From NCBI GenBank assembly GCA_016748015.1, contig JAAOMT010000139.1, positions 62,946 to 126,945 of the forward strand: a stretch of DNA of 64,000 bases. Direction: 5' to 3'. Below are positions 54,101 through 64,000 of this stretch, one piece after another (within the stretch, counting starts at the first letter, position 1; every line of letters begins with the position of its first letter). A program made the position numbers and the translations under genes. The notes under the pieces are model-generated. The model made no database searches and was not told where the DNA came from. It saw only the letters and a list, made by a program, of their open reading frames with translations. The stretch comes from Geosiphon pyriformis uo1. Lineage: Eukaryota > Fungi > Glomeromycota.

Positions 54101-56812
54101 TTTAATGTGGCATACAACAGTGCTCTTAACAAACTTTATTACTACCCCCATGATGCTGAGATGATTTTTGACCTAGTAATAGCATTAATTAATGGAGCTA
54201 CCAAAGAAGATGTTTATCAAATAAAGGAAGCAGAATACATTGAATACATCATGGAATTAGCTGGATTCAATTACAAAGATGAAGTAGAAGTCTACCACCA
54301 AATTGCAAGTTACACCTACCCAACTCAAGAAGCTCAAATTTAATGATTAGAGCAAATGAACATTAAACTATGTAAAGAATGCATTATGCCTTGCGATAAA
54401 CAGTAGTGTCCTGAATGCTACGCTCTTAGTATCCTCTTGCCCAGCAAAAATGATGAGAACAAAATTGAATTTGGAGAATCTAAAGCAATGGAAGAAATTG
54501 AAACAACACCTATCTACCTTATCAAAAATCAGTCTGCCTTACAACTTAAATACTTTAACAACAATGGACAAGAAATAAAACCCAAAAAAGCACACGAAAT
54601 TGATGCTAGATATGACCTAAGATATCCAGACAAGGTTACTTTTGTTCTCAAACCCAAATCTCTTACAAAAATCAACCTCAAAATTGCACTTGAAATCCCA
54701 CCAGAAGCAATGGTTCAAATCATCTCCTGGTTCTCTCTGGCAAGCAAAGGAATTAATATCAGAAGAGGAATAATTGATGCTGGATATACTGGAGACATTA
54801 CAGTAATGCTTTAAAATAAAACTAACAAACCATTCAAGATTGAACATGCTGAAAAAATTGCCCAAGCTATTTACTTACTCTTAATCAACATTTTGGGTTT
54901 GCAAGTAGTTAATCAAAGAGAACAATTAGGAAAAAGTGATAGAGAAATCCAAGGTTTTGGTTCAACTGGATGATTCACAGTTCCAGTTAATATAACTCTT
55001 AACACACAGAACAAATCCCACCAGATTTTCAGACTTTCACAACTAATTACCATCTCACCTTTTGGAAAACATCCGGAAATCTATACCTGTCCAAAGCCAA
55101 CAACCAAACAACAAATTTTTGAGTCTAATGAACAAGTCTGCTTGGAACATAATATTTTGATCCCAAATATTTATATTCCAGAAGGAACAAAGAAAGTCCA
55201 AGTTACTTTTTACAACTCCAATAATTACCCCATAATTTTATTAAATAATTTAGAAATTGGAGTTATTCACAGTAATATATTTCAACAAGAATTACCACAA
55301 ACAGTCCCTGATTTCTCTGAAATTATTAGACATTTACTACCAAAAATCAACCCAAACCCCAGCTCCGAAAACTACCATGTTGTCATGGAAAAACTATCTT
55401 GAATCAACATGGAACAACTTGAACCACAACAACAGACCCAGCTCAAAGAGCTAATTGTAGAATTTGCCGATATCTTCACTGAAAACAACAATGACTTAAG
55501 AAGAACCAATTTGGTCCAACACCAAATTTATACAGGAAATGCCAAACCAAGAAGACAACAAGCATATCGAGTTGCTCCAGAAAGCCACCAATTCATCCGA
55601 GAAGAAGTACAACAAATGCTTAACAATAGGCTCATTCAACCCTCTATGAGTCCTTGGGCTTCACCTGTAGTGCTAGTTAAAAAGAAAAATGGAAAGATCC
55701 GATTTTGTGTTGACTATCAACAATTCAACAGTATTACAATTAGAGATGCCTATCCCCTTCCTCAGATTAATGACATGTTAGATGCTCTTGGAAAATCCAA
55801 ATACTTTTCAACACTAGATTTAGAAAGCGGTTACTGGCAAGTTGCTATGGATCCCAAAGATTACCCCAAAACAGCATTCACTACCCAAGGCAGAAATTAT
55901 GAGTTCAATGTAATGCCTTTCGGATTATGCAATGCACCAGCAATGTTTCAGAGATTAATGGATGTTGTGTACCAAAAACTTCTTTAAAAGTCAGTAGTCG
56001 TTTATCTTGACAATACTGATGTTTATTTTCCATCATTCGAATTATACTTAAAACACCTGTGAGAAGTTTTTCAACGATTATGAAAAGCAGAACTAAAACT
56101 CAATATCGAAAAATGCTACTTTGGAAAAACAAGCCTGGCCTTCCTTGGTTATATCATTAGTAAAGATGGAATCAAACCAGACCCTGAAAAAATTAGTGTT
56201 GTCAAAAACTTCAAAACTTCTTAAAACACTACAGAACTAAGAGGATTCATAGAATTAGCATCCTACTATCAAAAGTTTATTAAAGAATTTTCGGAAATTG
56301 CAAAACCCTTCAACCAGCTCACCACCAAAAACGTTGAATACAAATGGACTACCGAACACCAAAAAGCTTTTGAAATTCTCAAGGAAAAACTAACAACAGC
56401 TCCAATTCTTACCTATCTGGATTTCAGCAACTAATTTCAACTAACTACAGATGCTTTGTATACTGCCTTTGGTGCCATCTTATCACAACTAGATGACAAT
56501 GGAAATGAGCGAGTAATTGCTTATGCTAGCAGAACATTAAAACCAGTTGAGAAAAACTATTCTGCCACAGAACTAGAAACAGCAGCCATAATTTGGGCCC
56601 TATACCATTTCAACTTTTATCTTAGGCCTAAAGAATTCGATATTATCACTGATAATATTGGACTCAAATGGCTTCAGAACAAAAATACTCAGCTGAATAC
56701 AAAACAAACCTGATGGACAGGATTTCTAGCAAACTATCGATACATAGTACATCACAAACCAGGAAAACTCCACACCAATGTTGACTGTTTCTCCAGAATG
56801 AGACAAGATTAG
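51194..56812 (+). pseudogene. Gag-PR-Cys-rich-dUTPase-RT-RNaseH polyprotein of element E (single frame, ~1870 codons, point-mutation stops only)
   Basis: ORFs 51407, 51926, 52316, 53225, 53525, 53975, 54437, 55142, 55409 and 56456 all share one frame. Confidence 0.93.
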
Positions 56813-56864
56813 AAAAACACAAAAACCAACACTCAACTTAACCAACCAAAAGAGCCAACAACCA

Positions 56865-58276
56865 ATGAATTTGGAAAACTACAACGATCTCAAACAATAT
56901 TTGGAAACATTAACAATCCCAACAGATTGGTCTCCAAATGAAAAACATCGACTACAACAACAAGCCAAACAATATTTTCTACACAACAACATTATTTATT
57001 ATCGAAATTTCAAAAACCCAGACAAACCACTCAGATTAATACAAGAACAAGAAAAAGAGACTATATTATACAACATGCACTCAGATCCTTCATCAGCCCA
57101 CTTCGGAAAAGACAGCACCACTCAAAGAACACTAGAATACTACTTTTGGCCTCGAATGAAAAAAGACATTCACGAATATGTCGAATCTTGTGATAGTTGT
57201 CAAAGAAGAGGAGGAACTCGCCCTACAGAATCTTTAAACCCAATCAAAGTTGGACAGCCTTTTAACAGAGTTGGTATCAATTTAGTCAGACCACTACCTA
57301 TCACAAACCAAGGAAACCATTATATTGCAGTAGTTGTAGACTATCTCACCAAATGGCCTAAAGCCAGAGCCATTCAATGGGCAGATGCAAAATCAGTAGC
57401 AAACTTTATCTATGAAGACATTATTTGTAGACATAGATGCCCAATAGAACTTTTATCTGATTAAGGAACACATTTTGTGAACAATTTAATCCAGAAAATT
57501 TGTGAACGATTTAATATCAAGAGACTATTATCTTCACCCTATCATCCACAAACAAATGGACTTATAGAATGGTTTAACAGAATATTGTGTAAATCATTAG
57601 CCAAAGTTTCAACTGATTTTGAGCAAGAATGGGATCTCTTTATTCCATCAGTGTTACTAGCATATAGGACACTAAAACAAGATACCACAAAACACACACT
57701 ATTTGATTTAACTTATGGAAGGATGGCAATGTTACCAATTAGTTTCACAGTGGAAACATACCCAGCACAATCAATCGATAAAAACAATTTTCAAGAAATG
57801 CTTCAGCAAAAAGCCTACACTCTGCTTAGCACATTAGAAGGAAAACAATGAATAGCAGCCACCCATATTGAACACTCCCAAGCTCAACAAAAAGAATGGC
57901 ATGATGACAAATTGCCTCCAGTTACCAATGAATTTAAAATTGGAAACAAAGTTCTCTTACACAGAACTAAAGCTGAAAAACAATGGAGTAGAAAATTTGA
58001 AAATAAATGAGATGGACCATTCTTTATTCATGAAGTTTTAGGCAATGGATCATACAAGCTAAGACTTGATGACAAAATTTTAGTAAAAGTTGCACATGGA
58101 GATCGTTTGAAACACTATAATTCCAGAAACAATCCTGAACCATTAATTCCACAAATTGGTACACATTTCCCTTTAATCAATCCCAAAGACATTCCCCTTT
58201 AATCAATTCCAAAGACATTCCCCAAAATTTAGAACCAATAGTTGTCATTGAACAGCCTCCCAACTTGAATACTTAA
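56865..58276 (+). pseudogene. Integrase of element E (separate ORF, +1 frame)
   Basis: ORFs 56865-57464 and 57477-57851; H2C2 zinc finger and DDE motifs. Confidence 0.92.
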
Positions 58277-58397
58277 TTTAAATTTATTATTATAGTTATC
58301 TTCTTATAATTTAGAAACAATCTTACAAAAACAAAACAAAAATAACATAAAAACTCATATATCAAAAATAATTTTCTTTTATTTCAAATTGCTTATA

Positions 58398-59117
58398 ATG
58401 ACTATTCCTTAAAACATTCAACAATTATCCCAAAAACTAATGTTAGCTTTAAAAACAATACCTGAATTATCCATTACTGTTACTGAAAACCACATTAATT
58501 ATATCCAAACAGAAGTAGTTACAAATTTAGCCCCAAATTTATGAAAATATCACCCGTATAAGAAGAACACAAGAAGCTATACTGGAATTCACTTGCCAGA
58601 ACTTTTAAAGCTTGCTTTAAGAGAAAACCTAATGCTCACTCCAATTAGTATTCCACCAAATACTACAATTCAACAAAGACTTCAACTGTGTCTCAATGAG
58701 GAAAACACTGAATATCCTCCAATCTATAGATATTTTCACATTGGAAAAACACTCTACGAATGGAAACTGGAACTTACAACAGCAAACTTCACAAAAAAAG
58801 CTATTCAGAAACAACTCCACAACGAATTCAAGACAACAGCTGGATCAACAAACAGTCGCTACAGGCTCAGAGCTGCTTTTAGACTTTATAATCTATTCCA
58901 CACCTGTAAAAACATACTACAAAACCCAATTTTTCAATCTTTAAAGATTCAATACATTGGAAAGCTCACAAAACTGAAATTTCAACAATTTTCAGACCAA
59001 ATTTCTTTAATAATTTTGGATTATTATCTGGAAATAACAAACAGTACTTGGACTTTGATGGAGCTCGATCTTGAGGAGGAGGTTATGTTACCAGATAAAA
59101 TTAGAGATATTATTTAG
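58398..59117 (+). pseudogene. Accessory ORF3 of element E (239 aa; two transition-type stops)
   Basis: ATG at 58398 is in frame with ORF 58593-59117; runs through the PPT into the 3' LTR. Confidence 0.82.
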
Positions 59118-60069
59118 CATAAAATTATTTTATAATTCCTATCATTAATTAGCATATATTATCGTTTCAAATTATCACTTATTACATTAGCAAAAATGTC
59201 CGAAATTATCATTTAATTAATAATCCAAATTGTACATAACACAAATGTAACCTAATTGCAATGATCAATCATGCAATACCCTGAACTATGTAACATTCAA
59301 AAGTTTGCCGAAATTTGTAGAAATTCACTGAAATAATTGATAGTTCACTGAAATATCTAATAGTTTGCAGAAATAACTTGTAGTTCACCAAAATGTATCT
59401 TTAGTTCAGCGAAATTATAGAAAATAGCAAAGTTCAAATTCATAGAATAGTGTTATAACAAGTTGTATAAAAGAAGAGCTTTTTTCTTTGAGAAAATGTA
59501 TCTTACTTTAGATTTATCACTTAGAACCACTCCTACACACACAAAAAAAAATAAATATAAAATAATTCGAAAAACCAAAAACTTTTTAATTATTACACTT
59601 AGAAAATTCTCAAAACTCAACTAACGTTTTGAAATTGATTAGCTACCAATTTCAATAAACTGTTAATGACTTCAGGCCTGGATTGAAAATGTCTCCCTTG
59701 ACAGAATTCTATTTCTTTTACATTTTTTTTATTTTTTTTTTATTTTCTTACTATAATCATTAGGGTAGCCTACAGACAAAATTCCTGTAGAAGAGTTGAC
59801 TTTCACAGCAAAGTAACTACACATTTTTTTTAGTGAGCTTCCAGACAAGTATTTTCTGGGAAAGAGTTGACGTTTACTACAATGTAACTACATAAAGCAA
59901 CTGATACAGAATTGGTTATTCCACTTATAAGCCCAGCAGTTCAAATTATAGGAGATAATTTGAAGATAAATTCAGTTATTGGAGGTTCAACCACATTCAG
60001 AAAACGTGAATTCACAGCAAACAAGTATCAACAACATTTAAAAAAAGAGACCAAAAACCTCCAGTAACA
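59086..60069 (+). repeat. 3' LTR of element E
   Basis: Repeat of 50193-51148. Confidence 0.95.
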
Positions 60070-63000
60070 TCACCATTAAAACCCATATGTAAAGACTTTA
60101 CAATTTTTAAAACCAAAATTTTCAACTTATGAAATCTGGAAAAATTCTTTGTAAAAACACCATCAAAGTTCTTAAACCAACTTTTCTTAAAAATTTTATT
60201 GACTAAAAGACATACTGTCTTACAAACAGTATTCTACATTGTATTTAGATTCAAAAACCTCTTGAATATAACAAACTTATTAAAGAACAACACCACATTA
60301 GCTGCTATAGCATCTTTGAATTTATTCTATTTTACTTTATTAGCATCTTTAATATTAAACTTTCAATGATTCTTATTTATTTGCTTGTACAGAAGGTTTA
60401 GCTGTACATCTAACAAGTTACTCAAATCTACAAAAATAGAAACAGCCTGATGATTAGTGTTAAAATAATCTTTAATATTTATAATATCATAATCTATTAC
60501 TGTATTAATTAAGTTTGAAGAAATAAATACATAGTCAATTGTTTTCTTAATACCTCTAAAATTTTTTCAAGTTGATGTTTTTGCAGCTGAACTCCCAACC
60601 AATGAATTAACCAGCTCTAAGCTAAGACATTTTTTAAAATTAACACATTTGTAGAAACTATCTTTATTAAAATCACTACTTAAAATAATGAAAAAAGACT
60701 CATTTACAGTTTTTGAAATTAAAGAATTGACTTTATCAGCCTAAAATAAATGCACAGCCAGTATTATATCAGCATATAGCCACAGAATTAAAACAAAAAA
60801 TCTATTTTTAAAAAGCAATCTAACAGAAAAAAGATGACCAAGAACTTTAGAAACCCTATATACATGTTATATTAAGACAATATTTATAATAATTGCAACA
60901 TCAGAACCCAAGTAACCAAAGTCTAAACCAGAAACAAAAAAACAAATACCATTAAACTTATTAGCAATTCACAAGTAGATCTTTTTTTTTAATTTTGTTT
61001 TAGTAATAATTGAAATTAAATTGTTCATATTTTTGTGTTAACAAATAATATCTTCTTGTTTTACAGGATTGTTCATATTCCTAATATTACATGTGGCAAC
61101 TTTTTATATTTAATCAGTCATTAATGAGAAAAAATATTTAAATTTAAACTTTTATTGTCCAATTTGATTAACAATTCCAAAACCATATCTGATAAATTAT
61201 TCAATTTCTTCCCAAACTTCTTAATAATTAATTAATTCAAAGATATTATTCTTGTTACAGTTTTATTACAAATGACCACACCTGAATCTTTATTTATTAC
61301 TATATTTGTCTTTTGATTCTGTGATAAAAGAATTATTAATGGTTAATATTCAGAATTAGACTAAGAAATTATTGGCTTGAATGCATTCAACCTCTTAGCC
61401 AGTTCACTAACTTGCTCTATAAAGCTGACAAAACTATACTCAAAAGTGGCAAATCTGTTATTTATATCCAAAAAAACCAGTAGAAAAGATTTTGTATTCA
61501 AAAATGAACCAACATCAAAAGAAACTACAGGCTTTACATAAAAAGAGAAACCACTAACAACTTAAGCCCAAGTTTTATCTTTAAACAAAACTGGACAAGT
61601 AATTGGTATTTGTTTCTTTTTATATATACTTACCAGACAATTTTGATCCTGAGAACTAATTATCTGCTTACTGTAATCACCAAAATTCTTATTTACTAAA
61701 CATATACCAAAAACATAATCAAATTGTTTATATTAAGCATAACAGATTAAAAAAAGACCAGTCCAATGCAGAATTACATCTTTAAAAACTGAAACAGAAC
61801 CAATAACAGTTTTTTTAAATGTTTTATCTCGAAAATAAATTACAGTACACTTATCATGCACATATAAACTTGGATTATGGCCAATAAAACAAGTTTTTTT
61901 ATTATAAAATTCCATCAAATTAGAAAGATTATAGACTGTGGTACCAACTGGCAAAATATATAATAAAGTTCAATACTAATCTCTTAATATCCATAATTGT
62001 TTATTATAGCCAATACTATTCATACAGAATCCTTACTTATAAGAACTAATTACTTGAATATAATCAAACTAACAACTTCAAATAACTTAAACTCAACTAA
62101 AGTTTTTTGTTAAAAACCAATCAGTTATATTTTAATTAAAACTACTTTATCAAATTTGGAAAAAACTGATTCCACAGCCAATTTAAGAAGATTGACTGGA
62201 ATTTTTTTGACAATAATTTTCCAATTTATACAGTTGTTTGTTTTCTTAATATTAATATTAACAAGAATTTTCTTATTGATAGCCAATTCTTTAGTTTTTT
62301 GCAAATTTAAATCCAAAGTAAAAAAAGACCTAATTATCTTTAAAAATTTTGAAAAAGTAGAAGCTCTTCCAAAACCATCAATTTGATAGAAAATTTTTTT
62401 AATTGCAATTAATTTATTATCATTAGTTTTGTCTAGTACAGTAGATAGTTCAATATTTAATATGAAAAATTTAACTAGCTTAAAATTGCACCTATTTAAA
62501 ACATGTAACTTAACTGTTAACAAATGCTTAACACCAAAAAACTTAGGAACTGAAAGTGTTAAAATATCATCATTATTATTGCTTAAATTATTGAAAAATT
62601 TTTTTTTTGGTTAGCTACTTAAAACATATGTTCTGATATGTGTTTTTTTAGATGTGATATTGATTATTATATTATTAACTTCTGAAGCATTTAAATCTAT
62701 ATAGCTGGTTTCTTTTACAACTGTATTTTTCATGTTCTTTAAGTCTGATATATCACTGATATGGCTTGTTTTGCTATTTATTTTACTGTCTTAAGATCTC
62801 ATAGGCTTGTTATCATTAGTAATTATATCTGTAAAATTTAAAAGATCAGTAGACATCTCAATCATATTGTCAACAATAGTAGGTTTCTTGGATTTTTTAT
62901 AAGAAACACTACATGAGTAAATACTTATTAAACATTTGGTTTTGACATTAAACTAAGTCTTTAATCTAACTAAACTAAATACCAACCCATTAGCAAAAAA

Positions 63001-64000
63001 ATTTACTGATTTTATAATCATAAATAAAAATATGTTAGAAGAAATAACTATGAAAATAAAAAAAATAGGGAGTAAAAAAAATTTATCTCTTTAGTATACT
63101 TTTTTAATTATATACAAAAAAAAATTTAAATATTAATTTTTAAATTAAAAACTAAATATAAAAATTAGATTTAATTTGTATAATATAATTTATTAGTAAT
63201 AATTTATTTAATATTAAATACTTAATTTATTTTAATATGTTTTTAATTCCAAAATTTTTTTTAATGTTTTTATTATATAGAATTATATTATATAATTTAT
63301 ATAAATTTACAAAATTCATAATTAAATATTAAATTTTAATTATTAAAAAGAATTTATTGATTGTATTTTTTTTGGTTGTTTTTTTATTAATATTAATATT
63401 AGTTTGAACCTTGCTCGTTAAACGTAATATAAAAAAATAATATTAATATTATATAATTATTATACAAAAATTACCCATTTAAAAGTTTTAAAATATAAAT
63501 TACATATATATATATAAATCTAGCCAATTAGAAAAGTTTTTAGCACTATAAATTTTATTATTTATATTTTTATACATAAAATACCTTTTAAAAAATTCTT
63601 ATTGCTTAATTATTTATTAATAATAAAAAATTATAAAGTTTATTGAAAATTATTAATGTATTTTTTTTTGTATATTTAGATACAAAGTAATAGTAAGTTA
63701 AAATATAGAATTTTAATATTTACAGTCAAAGTTAAACGCAGGAAATTGAGCAAATTGGTCAGAGACTAAGGAGTTATCATCAATCACGTGAATGTGATAT
63801 AAACCACGATGGTGATATGTTGATGATACCATTTTACGATATGTGGTGGCCAGTTTGCGTTGTGTAGCAAATATAGGGTATTAAGCTAATAGTTGGTATT
63901 TACAATAACAAACTTGAACATGTCGCAGTTTAAGGCAAAAAAGGAAAATAGGAGAGAAACGGCGAGATCAAAATTTGAAAATTAAAAAAACGTCAAATTA

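Larger units (their letters stand above)
50193..60069 (+). mobile_element. Ty3/Gypsy LTR retrotransposon E (family 1), full length
   Basis: LTRs 50193-51148 and 59086-60069; TSD TTGC/TCAC (inferred ancestral TCGC); PBS at 51151; PPT GAGGAGGAGG. Confidence 0.95.
46697..63100 (-). mobile_element. LINE-3 of this window (-): APE-RT-RNaseH, split by element E, 3' tail missing
   Basis: ORF1 ~63021-61130; ORF2 from ~61121 (KVATCNI..MN APE); RT 48500-50192; RNase H VYIDG, ELQAI, KKHLSI.SN in 47450-47900. Confidence 0.85.

Noticed and set aside
58170-58223. 26-bp tandem duplication at the end of the E integrase
   Set aside because: Absent in A and C; a copy-specific slippage event
58000-58276. Chromodomain at the integrase C-terminus
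   Set aside because: Only a GPF-like motif and a short Pro-rich tail; no chromodomain motif
58398-59117. ORF3 as an envelope gene
   Set aside because: Too short; no signal peptide, furin site or transmembrane helix seen

Overview
Eukaryotic, very AT-rich transposon island with no intact host gene. The repeat families, Sel1 repeats and base composition suggest a Glomeromycotina fungus; my recollection points to Geosiphon-like sequence, but this is not verified. An APE-RT-RNaseH LINE (+, ~2.4-41.2 kb) is split by three full-length Ty3/Gypsy LTR elements: A 3476-13288 (-), B 13841-26036 (+) and C 29767-39848 (+). An ORF1-only LINE derivative and a second LINE 5' end follow, the latter carrying truncated LTR element D (44649-46696). 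A third LINE (-) is split by LTR element E (50193-60069). All elements are pseudogenised, mostly by C>T/G>A transitions. The two divergent LTR families (A/C/E and B/D) share an unusual, retrovirus-like complex layout. It comprises a GTG-started, ATG-free N-terminal Gag extension and one uninterrupted Gag-PR-(Cys-rich module)-dUTPase-RT-RNaseH frame. Integrase is split off as its own ORF, always in the +1 frame, and a conserved non-Env accessory ORF3 reaches the PPT and 3' LTR. Element B also contains a pogo-type TIR element that has captured Sel1 repeats. Coordinates were read by hand; domain boundaries are approximate.
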